From an uncultured Actinomycetes bacterium (GTDB taxonomy: Bacteria > Actinomycetota > Thermoleophilia > Gaiellales > Gaiellaceae), in the NCBI GenBank assembly GCA_963805265.1, contig CAWDTJ010000004.1, forward strand, positions 195,355-259,354: a stretch of 64,000 nucleotides of DNA, in the 5' to 3' direction. A program made the position numbers and the translations under genes. The notes under the pieces were generated by a model. That model made no database searches. It saw only the letters and a list, made by a program, of their open reading frames with translations, and was not told the DNA's origin. The first letter of the stretch is position 1. Every line of letters starts with the position of its first letter. This document shows, piece by piece, positions 38,917 to 48,437 of this stretch.

Positions 38917-39497
38917 TCACGACGAGTCCGCTCGACTCTCTCGCTCGCACCGTCGAGGCGCTGCTGGTGGTTGCCTCGGCGCCGCTTTCGCTGGAAGACC
39001 TGACCGCCGCCGCGGACGACGACCCGGCACGCGTCGAGGCCGCGCTCGGTCTGGTCGGCGAGCGCCACAGCGAGGGCCGGAGCGGAATCGTGCTCGAGCA
39101 AGTGGCCGGCGGCTATGCGCTTCGTGCCTCGCGCGAGGCGGCGAGAGCCTGCTCGCGCCTGTTCGAGCGCCCGGTTCAGCGCTCGCTCTCGCAGGCGGCG
39201 CTCGAGACTCTGGCCATCGTCGCCTATCTCGGCCCCTGCACGCGACCGGAGATCACCCGCATCCGCGGTGTCGCGGCCGAGGCGACCGTCGCCAACCTGC
39301 TCGAGCGCGGGCTGATCGCCGAGGCCGGCCGCGACGACGGCGCCGGTGGAGCGATTCGCTATCGCGTCACTCCACTCTTCGAACGCGTCTTCGGACTGTC
39401 GAGCCTGGCCGAGTTGCCTCGCCTGGATGAGTTCACGGGCGACGTCGAAACGATCCGCGAGCGCTTGCACGCGGTGGCCGCGCAGCGCGGCGCCTAG
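38892..39497 (+). CDS. scpB: Segregation and condensation protein B
   Basis: Contains VEALLVVASAPLSLEDL, LSQAALETLAIVAYLGPCTRPEI..IRGV and RYRVTPLF. Overlaps scpA. Confidence 0.85.
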   Translation: MEERPLRLITTSPLDSLARTVEALLVVASAPLSLEDLTAAADDDPARVEAALGLVGERHSEGRSGIVLEQVAGGYALRASREAARACSRLFERPVQRSLSQAALETLAIVAYLGPCTRPEITRIRGVAAEATVANLLERGLIAEAGRDDGAGGAIRYRVTPLFERVFGLSSLAELPRLDEFTGDVETIRERLHAVAAQRGA

Positions 39498-40270
39498 CGC
39501 CGCGAAGACCTGCCGGAAGCCGGTTCGGCGGCCAGTTCGGCGATACGCGCGTTCGCGTCACCCGAGTAGACACCACCGTGATAGCAGACGACGGTCCCGA
39601 TTTCGTAGCGCGCAAGCTTCTTCAGCGAGTGGGTGGCCTGGTCCATCTCGGGGGTCAGCCGTGGGTTGGGGCCGACGAGGCGTCCGTCCGAGACGTTCAA
39701 CGCGTCGCCGGCCAATAAAACCCTGCTTTGCTCCAGGTAGAGCGAGATGTGTCCGGGAGTGTGGCCCGGCGTATGAATGACGATGACACCGCCGACGTAG
39801 GGCAGTCTCTCGCCGTCGGCCAGCGTCCGATCGACTCTTGCCCTGGCGTTCTCGAACCCCTCGATCACGGTCCTGCGCCGTTCGTCGGGCAGATAGGAGA
39901 GATGTTCGGAGAGCTGCTCCAATCGCTCTGGGGTTACCTTGATCAATCTCTTCTCACCGACGACGTAGGCCCTGTCCTGCTCGTGCGCCAGCACCTCGAT
40001 TCGGTCGTTCAAAGTGAGAAGGGCGGCGATCCCGCCGATGTGATCGACGTCCTGGTGGGTGACGATCAGCCTCGTCAGCCGGTCGAGAGAGACCCCGGCT
40101 CGTCCGGTCTCTTCGCGTAGCTGATCGAGCTGACCGGGAAATCCGGCATCGACCAGGACGGCCTCCTGCTCGTCCCAGAGAAGCGTCGGGTGCACCACGC
40201 TGGGTGCCTCGAACAGATCCATTCGCAGATCCAGTACATCCACTTGTGGGGCGATCAGCACGCTTCCCAT
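39494..40270 (-). CDS. MBL-fold metallo-hydrolase
   Basis: Contains THQDVDHIGG and IHTPGHTPGH. Confidence 0.8.
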   Translation of the reverse strand: MGSVLIAPQVDVLDLRMDLFEAPSVVHPTLLWDEQEAVLVDAGFPGQLDQLREETGRAGVSLDRLTRLIVTHQDVDHIGGIAALLTLNDRIEVLAHEQDRAYVVGEKRLIKVTPERLEQLSEHLSYLPDERRRTVIEGFENARARVDRTLADGERLPYVGGVIVIHTPGHTPGHISLYLEQSRVLLAGDALNVSDGRLVGPNPRLTPEMDQATHSLKKLARYEIGTVVCYHGGVYSGDANARIAELAAEPASGRSSRR

Positions 40271-40647
40271 CCCGATCGAGACGTCATCTTTCTAGCCGGG
40301 GAGGCGGTTCACGAAACTGCCTGACACTCGTCGCGGCGCCACGATCGCTGTTCTTCTCTGTCGAAGAGCGGCCGAGACAGTGAGGCGAAGCAGCGGTTCG
40401 GGCAGATGAACGGTGACGGCGCCGCAGGTCGGCGCGAAAGCCGAGTGCTAAACTGAAACTAGCGTCGCCCTAAGTGCCGGCGGTCGCGGAATGCCAGTGT
40501 GGAACTCAAGAATGCAGTTCCGGCAGACCTTCCCTCAGAAGTGTGGGTCGAAAGTATTACCGGCCTGAGCACGATGGTCGGTGCTGGTCTCGGAATTCGG
40601 CCCGAGAGGCGATCGAGGTGAAGGCCTTCTCTTCTTCCGAGGAATCA

Positions 40648-41355
40648 ATGGCCGTGGAAAGGGCAACCGCCGACACCGAGCGGACGACGCGTTTGCGTTT
40701 GCGCGCATTCAACGATGAGATCGCAGAAGCCACCGACGCAGGTCGGAGAGGCTTCGCGATACTGGCTTGCGAGTGCGGCAGAGAGGAATGCAGCGAGACG
40801 CTGTCGCTCACCTATACGGACTACGAAGCGGTTCGCGACTATCCCGACGGGGGCCGGTTTATCGTCGTAGCCGGTCACGAGGACGGCCGGCGCGTGCTGG
40901 CCGAAAACGCTCGTGCCGCTTTGATCGAGGTCGGATTGGATTCGGAAGTCCTGACTGGGGCCGGCGACGTCGATCCGGTCGGCGACGGAGTAACCCGGCG
41001 CGTACTCATCGTCGACGACGACGCCGCGATCCGGATGATCTGCTCGATCAACCTGGCGGCGGAGGGCTTCTCGGTGATCGAGGCGTCGGACGGGAAAGAG
41101 GGGCTCGAGCTGGCACGCAGCGAGCATCCCGACCTGATCGTGACGGACGTGAAGATGCCCCGCCTGGGCGGTTTCGAGTTCACCGAGGCGCTTAGAGATG
41201 ATGAGAAGACCCGCGAGATACCGGTCGTCTTCATGACCGGCGATACCGACGCGACCCACGAGTCTCGAGCCAAGGGGCTCGGCGCGCTCGCCTTCCTGGA
41301 GAAGCCATTCGAGCCCAGGGAGTTGGTAACGATCGCGCTCGGCGCGCTCGCCTAG
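40648..41355 (+). CDS. Response-regulator receiver domain fused to an N-terminal ~100-aa CxC...C domain of unknown function; no output or DNA-binding domain
   Basis: GAGGAA before the ATG at 40648. The REC domain has VLIVDDD, DLIVTDVKMP and a C-terminal FLEKPF. The N-terminal domain reads FAILACECGREECSETLSLTYTDYEAVRDYPDGGRFIVVAGHE. Confidence 0.8.
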   Translation: MAVERATADTERTTRLRLRAFNDEIAEATDAGRRGFAILACECGREECSETLSLTYTDYEAVRDYPDGGRFIVVAGHEDGRRVLAENARAALIEVGLDSEVLTGAGDVDPVGDGVTRRVLIVDDDAAIRMICSINLAAEGFSVIEASDGKEGLELARSEHPDLIVTDVKMPRLGGFEFTEALRDDEKTREIPVVFMTGDTDATHESRAKGLGALAFLEKPFEPRELVTIALGALA

Positions 41356-41384
41356 TCGAGGCCGGTTGATCAATACTTGCGGAC

Positions 41385-42086
41385 GTGCGCCTGAACGCCT
41401 ACCTCGCTCGTGCCGGAGTTGCGTCGCGTCGCGGCGCCGACGAGTTGATCAAGGCCGGACGAGTGCTCGTGAACGGCGAGCCGGGGCAGCTGAACACCTT
41501 CGTCGCGGCGCGCGACCTGGTCGAAGTTGACGGGAAACCGATCGCCAAGCAGAAGCTCGTCTATCTGCTTCTACACAAGCCGGCCGGCGTGGTGACGACG
41601 GCGCGCGATCCACAAGGCCGGCGCACGGTGGTCGAGCTGGTGCCGGCCGAGCCACGGGCGGTGCCGGTAGGGCGGCTTGACTCCGATACCACCGGCGTGC
41701 TCCTCCTCACCAACGACGGTCAGCTGGCCCATCGCCTCGCCCATCCCCACTACGAGGTCGAGAAGGTCTACGAGGCGGAGCTGGCGGCGGAGCCGACCGA
41801 CGAAGCGATGCGGAAGCTGGCCGAAGGAATCGAGCTCGAGGACGGGCGCACGGCTCCGGCGAAGGCGCGGCGGCTCGGGCCGCGTAAAGTCGAGCTCGCG
41901 ATTCATGAGGGCCGCAAGCACCAGGTCAAGCTGATGTGCGCCGCCGTCGGCTGCCCGGTGCTGCGCCTGCGGCGCAGCCGTTACGCCGGGCTCGACCTGA
42001 GCGGGCTTGCGCCGGGCGAGTGGCGCGAGCTGTCTTTCGCAGAGGTGGAGGAGCTGCGGCGGCTGTCCGAGGGATCCGAGCCTTGA
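41385..42086 (+). CDS. rluB: Pseudouridine synthase, RsuA/RluB family, with S4 domain
   Basis: Contains RLNAYLARAGVASRR, GRLDSDTTGVLLLTNDG and HEGRKHQVK. Confidence 0.85.
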   Translation: MRLNAYLARAGVASRRGADELIKAGRVLVNGEPGQLNTFVAARDLVEVDGKPIAKQKLVYLLLHKPAGVVTTARDPQGRRTVVELVPAEPRAVPVGRLDSDTTGVLLLTNDGQLAHRLAHPHYEVEKVYEAELAAEPTDEAMRKLAEGIELEDGRTAPAKARRLGPRKVELAIHEGRKHQVKLMCAAVGCPVLRLRRSRYAGLDLSGLAPGEWRELSFAEVEELRRLSEGSEP

Positions 42087-42250
42087 TCGCTCTGAAACGT
42101 GGTTGGGGCCCGCCCTGTAGTTTCGAGATCTAAAAAGGGCGCGATACAACCGGCCGACTACTCTTTACGGCTGACGACTATTCGATAGAGTGTCAGTGCT
42201 TTTCTGCTCGCCGATATTGCGACTCAATCCTTTCTCAGTAGCGAGGTTAC

Positions 42251-42937
42251 ATGAATAGAGTCAAGCTTCCCCGCAAGCTTCGTCGCACAACGGGGGCCAA
42301 ATCGTTCGCGCAAAGCGGCGAAGATCTAATCGTGAAGTTCGCTCTCGAGCAACTTCGGATACCAGAGGCTATATATCTAGATCTCGGCGCCCACCATCCT
42401 AATTGGATTAGCAATACATACCTATTCTATTCGATGGGGGCTTCTGGTATTTGCGTCGAGCCCGACGCCGAGTTGATCAAGCAGTTTCGCAAACGCCGCA
42501 AGCGGGATACAGTCCTAGATTGTGCCGTCGGTCCTACCGACACCGAGGCGACGCTATACGTCATGAGCGAATCCGCGCTGAACACGATGTCTCCAGACGA
42601 TGCCCGCCGATATACTGAATACGGTGTCACAATACGTGAAGAGAGACCGGTTTTAGTTAAAGGGATTAATGCGCTATTAGCGCTTTCGCAACCTCGCGCC
42701 ATTAACTTCGTATCTCTAGATATCGAAGGCACGGAGCTTCCCGTCCTTCAAGCGATCGACTTCGATCGCTACCGTCCAGAGGTTTTTTGTATCGAGACGA
42801 TCGCGTACACTCGCGACAAGACGGAGCGCAAGAATGATTCTACGATAGAGTTTATGTTGGACAACGGTTATTTCGTATACGGGGATACGTACATAAACAC
42901 AATTTTCGTTGACGGTGCAGCTTGGCGCGCCAGGTGA
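42251..42937 (+). CDS. FkbM-family methyltransferase, in an AT-rich island
   Basis: Contains AQSGEDLIV, YLDLGAH and VSLDIEGTELPVLQ..DF...RPEVFCIE. Codons are visibly AT-richer (aat, ata, tat, tta, aga) than in neighbouring genes. Confidence 0.8.
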   Translation: MNRVKLPRKLRRTTGAKSFAQSGEDLIVKFALEQLRIPEAIYLDLGAHHPNWISNTYLFYSMGASGICVEPDAELIKQFRKRRKRDTVLDCAVGPTDTEATLYVMSESALNTMSPDDARRYTEYGVTIREERPVLVKGINALLALSQPRAINFVSLDIEGTELPVLQAIDFDRYRPEVFCIETIAYTRDKTERKNDSTIEFMLDNGYFVYGDTYINTIFVDGAAWRAR

Positions 42938-43219
42938 TAGATATCGGGGAGTTTGTTGGGAATCGACTCCTCACCGTTCGAGCACGCGACGCCAGCTATA
43001 AAACTCGCCGAAGATATACGGTATCGCCTCGAATCTATCGTGATGCGGAAACGGCTCGAAAAGAGACACGCCCCGTCTACACGCCCGAAGCGGCCGCCCC
43101 ACGGCGCCAGTGCCCGCCCAGACCGCTCGCCGCGCTACCGGTGCGCCCTCCCGGCCCGTCCGGCCCCTGGCACCCGCGGCTCAACCCGTTCGACCGCGTA
43201 CCTCCAACGGGATACGCCT

Positions 43220-43540
43220 TTAGGTCTCGTTGATCTTGATCGCCGTGCCGTAGGCGCAGATCTCGCTCCAGTTGCCGCCGAGGTCGGAGACGTCGAAACG
43301 CATGGCGAGGATGCAGTTTGCGCCCTTGCTCTCCGCCTCCTCGATGAGGCGCTGAATCGATTCCTGGCGACTCTCGATCAGCTGCTTGGTCATTCCCTTC
43401 AACTCGCCGCCAAGGATCGACTTGAACCCGGCGCCGATCTGAGATCCGATGTTGCGCGCTCGCACGGTCAGCCCGAAGACCTCGCCGATCACTTCGGTGA
43501 TTTCGTAACCGGGCACGTCGTTCATGGTCGAGATCAGCAT
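43220..43540 (-). CDS. ybjQ: YbjQ/UPF0145-family protein
   Basis: Contains TMNDVPGYEITEVIGEVFGLTVRARNIG...GANCILAMRFD. Confidence 0.85.
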   Translation of the reverse strand: MLISTMNDVPGYEITEVIGEVFGLTVRARNIGSQIGAGFKSILGGELKGMTKQLIESRQESIQRLIEEAESKGANCILAMRFDVSDLGGNWSEICAYGTAIKINET

Positions 43541-43544
43541 CGCG

Positions 43545-44537
43545 TTACGCTCCCTTCGGTCGGGTGAAGCCCATACGGTCGTACATCTTGTCCAGGGTGG
43601 GCGCCGCGGCTTTCCTCGCTTTCGCGGCGCCGAGAGCCAGCATCCGCTCGAGCTCGGCGGTGTCCTCGCGCAGCTCGCGGTAGCGAGCCTGGATCGGCTC
43701 CAGCACGGCCACTACGGCCTCGCCGACGTCGCTCTTGAACTGCCCGTAGCCGGCGCCTTCGTAGCGTTTCTCGACCTCGGCGATCGACTCCCCGCTGGCC
43801 ACGGTCATGATCTCGATCAGGTTCGAGACGCCCGCCTTCTCAGCCAGGTCGTGGACGACCTCGCGGCCGGAGTCGGTGACGGAGCTCTTCAGCTTCTTGC
43901 GCACCACCTCGGGCGGGTCGAGCAGGTAGATCGTTCCCTGCGGGTTGCCGCCGGTGGTGGACATCTTGTTCTCGGGCTGCTGCAGGTCCATCACCCGGGC
44001 GCCGATCTCGGGGTAGACGCCTTTCGGCACGGTGAAGGTCTCGCCGAAGCGGGAGTTGAAGCGCTCGGCGATGTCGCGCGAGAGCTCGAGGTGCTGGCGC
44101 TGGTCGTCGCCGATCGGGACGATGTCGGTTTGGTAGAGGAGGATGTCTCCGGCCATCAGCACCGGATAGGTGAACAGGCCGGCCGAGACCGACGTTTGCT
44201 TGCCCGCCTTGTCCTTGAACTGGGTCATCCGCTGCAGCTCGCCGTAGGTGGCCACGCAGCTCAGCAGCCAGGCCGCCTCGGCGTGAGCCGTCACGTGGCT
44301 CTGCACGAACACCGTCGAGCGCTCGGGATCGAGCCCGGTCGCGAACATCAGTGCCGCCAAGTCGAGCGTTCGCTCCCTCAGATCCCGGGGATCGTGCGAG
44401 ACGGTGATCGAGTGCAGGTCGACGATGCAGAAGAAGGCGTCGCCCTGTTCCTGGGTGGCGGCGTACTGGCGAAAGCCGCCGGAGTAGTTGCCGAGGTGCT
44501 TGGCGCCGGTCGGCTGGATACCGGAGAAGATTCTCAT
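43545..44537 (-). CDS. trpS: Tryptophan--tRNA ligase
   Basis: Contains GIQPTG..HLGNY, the KMSTT (KMSKS) loop and VPIGDDQRQH. Confidence 0.95.
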   Translation of the reverse strand: MRIFSGIQPTGAKHLGNYSGGFRQYAATQEQGDAFFCIVDLHSITVSHDPRDLRERTLDLAALMFATGLDPERSTVFVQSHVTAHAEAAWLLSCVATYGELQRMTQFKDKAGKQTSVSAGLFTYPVLMAGDILLYQTDIVPIGDDQRQHLELSRDIAERFNSRFGETFTVPKGVYPEIGARVMDLQQPENKMSTTGGNPQGTIYLLDPPEVVRKKLKSSVTDSGREVVHDLAEKAGVSNLIEIMTVASGESIAEVEKRYEGAGYGQFKSDVGEAVVAVLEPIQARYRELREDTAELERMLALGAAKARKAAAPTLDKMYDRMGFTRPKGA

Positions 44538-44635
44538 CGACGGGGATTATCTCTGAGCGGGCGTGCTCGTCGCTCGATGAGCCGGAGCGGGAGGCGTCGG
44601 AGAGGCGGCGTGCTCCGCCACTAGACTTGCTGGAA

Positions 44636-45781
44636 ATGAGTGTTCAGACCGAAGCAGGAAACGATCACCACGGCGCCAGAATCTCTCGCCTGGCGATCGT
44701 CGGCACGGGCCTGATCGGGACTTCGGTCGGGCTCGCGGCCAAAAAGGCCGGTGTCGAGCGGATCGTCGGTTTCGATCCCGACTCGGACGCGCTTCGCATC
44801 GCGCGGCAGCGCGGGGCTATCGACAGCGCCTCCGAGGCGTTGGCCGACGCCGTTTCGGGTTCCGAGCTGGTGATCGTCGCCGCGCCGGTCGCCGACCTGC
44901 CCGGACGCGTGATCGAAGTGCTCGCTCTCGTCGCTGCGGACTGCACGGTGACCGATGTTGGTTCCACCAAGAGCTCCGTCTGCGCCGCCGCCGGCGACGA
45001 CAACCGCTTCATCGGCGGACACCCGGTCTGCGGCGCGGAAACGAGCGGACCGCAGTATGCGAGCGCGGGGATCTTCGAAGGCGCGACCTGGTTCCTGACG
45101 CCGCTCGAGGTCACCGACCCCGATCGCTACCGCATGCTGCACGGGTTCGTGGCCTCGCTCGGCGCCCTGCCGCTGGCGATCGACCCGGCCGCCCACGACC
45201 GCCTCGTCGCGCTCACCAGTCATCTTCCTCACGCCCTCTCCAACCTGCTCGTCAATCAGGCCGGCTCGACGCGTGTGGAGGGTCACGAACCGCTTGCCAG
45301 CGCGGGCGGCTCGCTCAGGGACATGGCCCGGGTGGCCGGTGCCAACCCGCGCATCTGGGTCGACATCTTTCTCGAGAACGCGGATCCCTTGCGCGAGGCG
45401 CTGGCCGAGCACCGGCGTCTGATCGAGCAGCTGGAAGGCGCTCTCGCCGGCGGCGACGCGAACTTCATCGCGGAGTGGATCAGCGAGGCCGGCCTGCATC
45501 GTCGCCACCTGCTGGCGGAGGTCTATCCGAACAGGGGCGGCCTGTATCGGCTGCGCGTTCACGTCGTCGACCAGCCGGGCGTTCTGGCCGGGATAACCCA
45601 GGCTCTTGGGGCCGAGCGCATCAATATCGAAGACCTCGAAATGCAGCACGTTTCGCCCGACCGCGGCGGCTCGCTCTCGATCGTGATCGCGGGCGATGAG
45701 GAGGCTCATCGGGCCGCCGAGCTGCTGACCGCACAGGGCTACGGCGTCGTGATCTCGGACATCCTCGAGGAGGACGCCTGA
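44636..45781 (+). CDS. tyrA: Prephenate dehydrogenase with C-terminal ACT domain
   Basis: Contains LAIVGTGLIGTS, GGHPVCG and an ACT-like LRVHVVDQPGVLAGIT. Confidence 0.85.
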   Translation: MSVQTEAGNDHHGARISRLAIVGTGLIGTSVGLAAKKAGVERIVGFDPDSDALRIARQRGAIDSASEALADAVSGSELVIVAAPVADLPGRVIEVLALVAADCTVTDVGSTKSSVCAAAGDDNRFIGGHPVCGAETSGPQYASAGIFEGATWFLTPLEVTDPDRYRMLHGFVASLGALPLAIDPAAHDRLVALTSHLPHALSNLLVNQAGSTRVEGHEPLASAGGSLRDMARVAGANPRIWVDIFLENADPLREALAEHRRLIEQLEGALAGGDANFIAEWISEAGLHRRHLLAEVYPNRGGLYRLRVHVVDQPGVLAGITQALGAERINIEDLEMQHVSPDRGGSLSIVIAGDEEAHRAAELLTAQGYGVVISDILEEDA

Positions 45782-47085
45782 TGCGCGTAGCTCCGGCGGC
45801 GGCGCTGGTTGGGGACATCGCCGTTCCGGGCGTCAAGGGACTCTGCCAGCGGGCGGCGCTGCTGGCCGCGATCGCCGACGGAGTGAGTGAGATCCGCGGT
45901 TTCGGGCACGCCGCCGATACCGATGCGGCGCTCGCTGCCGTGCGCGAGCTCGGCGCCGGGGTGAGCGAGCCCAGCCCGGGCACGATCAAGATCGAAGGGG
46001 TCGGACTGCGCGGCCTGCGCCCGCCCGACCAGCCGATCGACTGCCGCAACGCCGGCACGGTGCTCAGGCTCCTGGCGGGCGTGCTCTCCGGTCAGAAAGG
46101 GCGCTTCGTTCTGACGGGCGACGAGTCGCTCTCCAGCCGCCCGCACGAGCGAGTCGCGATTCCGCTCAGGCAGATGGGTGCCGAGGTCGAGACGACGAGC
46201 GGCTCGGCGCCGGTGACCATCTCGGGCGGAGCATTGGAGCCCACCAGCTACGTGCTTCCCGTGGCCAGCGCCCAGGTCAAGTCGGCGATCCTGCTCGCCG
46301 GGCTGTTCGCGAAGAGCGGCCCGACGACGGTGATCGAGCCGGTGCCGACGCGCGACCACACCGAACGCATGCTCTCCTCGCTCGGCGTGCGCGTGCGCCG
46401 CGAGGGCAGCGAGATCAGCGTCTGGCCGGTCGAGCGCATCCCGCCGCTCGATCTCGACATCCCGGGCGACTTTTCCTCGGCGGCGCCTTTCCTGGTTGGC
46501 GCTTCACTTCTCACCGGCTCCGAGTTGCGAATCCACGACGTCAACCTCAACCCGACGCGGATCGGCTTCCTCGGCGTGCTCGAGCGCATGGGCGCGCGCA
46601 CGACTGTCTTCAATCGCCGCTCCTCGGGCGGCGAGCCGGTCGGCGATCTCGGCATTCGCTCGGCCGAGCTGACGGCGACCACGATCGAATCGCACGAGGT
46701 GCCGAACGTGGTTGACGAGTTGCCCTTGTTCGCGCTCGCGGCGGCGATGGCGCACGGCGTCAGCCGCGTGCGCGGGGCGGAGGAGTTGCGGGCGAAGGAG
46801 TCCGACCGGATCGAGTCGACGACGGAGGCTCTCAACGGGCTCGGCGCCCACGTGAACGCGGAGCCCGACGGCTTCTGGGTGCGCGGCGTGCCGACGCGAT
46901 TCAAGGGCGGATTGGTCGAGAGCCGCGGCGATCATCGCATCGCCATGCTGGCCGGAATCGCCGGCGTGCTCTCGCGCGAGGGCGTCGAGATCGATGACCC
47001 CGGCTGCGTCGCAGTAAGCTTCCCCGACTTCTTCGAGCTCCTGAACGAGGTTGCCAGGCGCGACTTCGTCCCCGAGGAAAGTTGA
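45781..47085 (+). CDS. aroA: 3-phosphoshikimate 1-carboxyvinyltransferase (EPSP synthase)
   Basis: The ATG overlaps the tyrA stop (TGATG). Contains NAGTVLRLLAG, LKESDR-like AKESDR and DHRIAM. Confidence 0.95.
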   Translation: MRVAPAAALVGDIAVPGVKGLCQRAALLAAIADGVSEIRGFGHAADTDAALAAVRELGAGVSEPSPGTIKIEGVGLRGLRPPDQPIDCRNAGTVLRLLAGVLSGQKGRFVLTGDESLSSRPHERVAIPLRQMGAEVETTSGSAPVTISGGALEPTSYVLPVASAQVKSAILLAGLFAKSGPTTVIEPVPTRDHTERMLSSLGVRVRREGSEISVWPVERIPPLDLDIPGDFSSAAPFLVGASLLTGSELRIHDVNLNPTRIGFLGVLERMGARTTVFNRRSSGGEPVGDLGIRSAELTATTIESHEVPNVVDELPLFALAAAMAHGVSRVRGAEELRAKESDRIESTTEALNGLGAHVNAEPDGFWVRGVPTRFKGGLVESRGDHRIAMLAGIAGVLSREGVEIDDPGCVAVSFPDFFELLNEVARRDFVPEES

Positions 47086-47095
47086 GACCGTAGCG

Positions 47096-47734
47096 ATGAT
47101 CATCGCGATCGACGGACCGGCCGGAGCCGGAAAGAGCACCGTGGCGCGAGCGCTCGCTGCCAAGCTCGGCTTCCGCTATCTCGACACCGGCGCCATGTAC
47201 CGGGCGTTGACCTGGCTGGCCTGCGAACGCGGCGTCGATCCCGAGGACGGTGTTGCACTGGGGGAGCTCGGGCGGACGAGCCCGATCGACTTCGACAGCG
47301 CCGGTCACACGAAGATCGGCGGAATCGATGTGACCGACGCGATCCGCGAGCCGAAGATAGACCGCGTCGTCTCGCCGGTCTCGCGCCAGCCCGAGGTGCG
47401 CGAGCTGATGCGCGTGCGCCAGCGTGAGCTGGCCGCGCTCGGCGACTCGGTGATCGAAGGTCGCGACATCGGCCGCGTCGTCGTGCCGGGCGCCGAGGTC
47501 AAGGTCTATCTCGTCGCCGACGAGTCGGTGCGCGCCGGGCGCCGGCTGGCCGAGCGGCCCGGCAGCGTCGCCGAGACTCTGGCCGCGGAGATGCGCCGGC
47601 GTGACAGTTCCGACGCGCCCCAGATGCTGCCCGCTGCGGATGCGCTGCAGATCGATACCACCGACTTGAGCGTCGAAGAGGTCGTGGAGAGAATCGAGTC
47701 GCTGGTGGCCGAGAGGCAATCGAGCGGGAGGTGA
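47096..47734 (+). CDS. cmk: Cytidylate kinase
   Basis: Contains IIAIDGPAGAGKSTVA and YLDTGAMYRA. Confidence 0.9.
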   Translation: MIIAIDGPAGAGKSTVARALAAKLGFRYLDTGAMYRALTWLACERGVDPEDGVALGELGRTSPIDFDSAGHTKIGGIDVTDAIREPKIDRVVSPVSRQPEVRELMRVRQRELAALGDSVIEGRDIGRVVVPGAEVKVYLVADESVRAGRRLAERPGSVAETLAAEMRRRDSSDAPQMLPAADALQIDTTDLSVEEVVERIESLVAERQSSGR

Positions 47735-48417
47735 ACGTGGGGGAGAAGCAGGAATACCTATGGGGTTACACGCCTCGTCGCGAGAGGTTCGGCAAGGCGA
47801 CGGTCGGGACGCTCGCCCGAGCGCTCGGGCGCATTCGCTCCTACGGAGAAGAGAACGTGCCGCTCGAAGGGGGGCTCGTTCTTGCCGCCAATCACTTTTC
47901 GATGATCGATCCACCCGCGTTCGGCGCTCTCTGCCCGCGCCGCTGCTACTTCCTGGCCAAGAGCGAGGTGATGAGAGCGCCCGGCCTGTCTCATTTCCTT
48001 CGCCTGTTTGGCACCTTCCAGGTGCGCCGCGGCGAGTCCGACCGCGAGGCGGTGCGCAGGATGCGCGAGATCGCCCGCGCCGGCGAGCTGCTCGGCGTCT
48101 TCATCGAGGGGACGCGCCAGAAGACGGGCGTGCCGGGCGAGGCGATGCCCGGCGCCGCCATGGTCGCGCTGCAGGAGAACGTGCCGGTGCTGCCGGCGGC
48201 TGTCCGCGGCAGCGAGTCCTGGAAGGGCTGGAACTTCCATCCGGTGACACTCGCCTGGGGCCGGCCGATGAGCTTCGACGGGCTGCCCGCCAACAGCAAG
48301 GGCTACCGCGAAGCGACGGCAGAGATCGCGCGCGAGATCTACCGCCTCTGGGAGTGGCTGGGTGAGGTTCAGGCTCAGGGGCGGCCGCGCGGCCTGACCG
48401 TGCCGCCGCGGGACTGA
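47731..48417 (+). CDS. plsC: 1-acyl-sn-glycerol-3-phosphate acyltransferase
   Basis: Contains NHFSMIDP (HX4D) and FIEGTR. The GTG overlaps the cmk stop. Confidence 0.85.
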   Translation: MNVGEKQEYLWGYTPRRERFGKATVGTLARALGRIRSYGEENVPLEGGLVLAANHFSMIDPPAFGALCPRRCYFLAKSEVMRAPGLSHFLRLFGTFQVRRGESDREAVRRMREIARAGELLGVFIEGTRQKTGVPGEAMPGAAMVALQENVPVLPAAVRGSESWKGWNFHPVTLAWGRPMSFDGLPANSKGYREATAEIAREIYRLWEWLGEVQAQGRPRGLTVPPRD

Positions 48418-48437
48418 AAGCTCGGCAGAGCCGGCCT

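Noticed and set aside
40474-40647. Upstream in-frame extension of the response regulator, containing AECQCGTQEC, which resembles the downstream ACECGREEC motif
   Set aside because: Third-position GC is clearly lower than in real genes here. No RBS precedes the GTG at 40474, whereas the ATG at 40648 has GAGGAA. The similarity covers about 5 of 9 residues and may be chance or a decayed duplicate. It is not annotated as coding.
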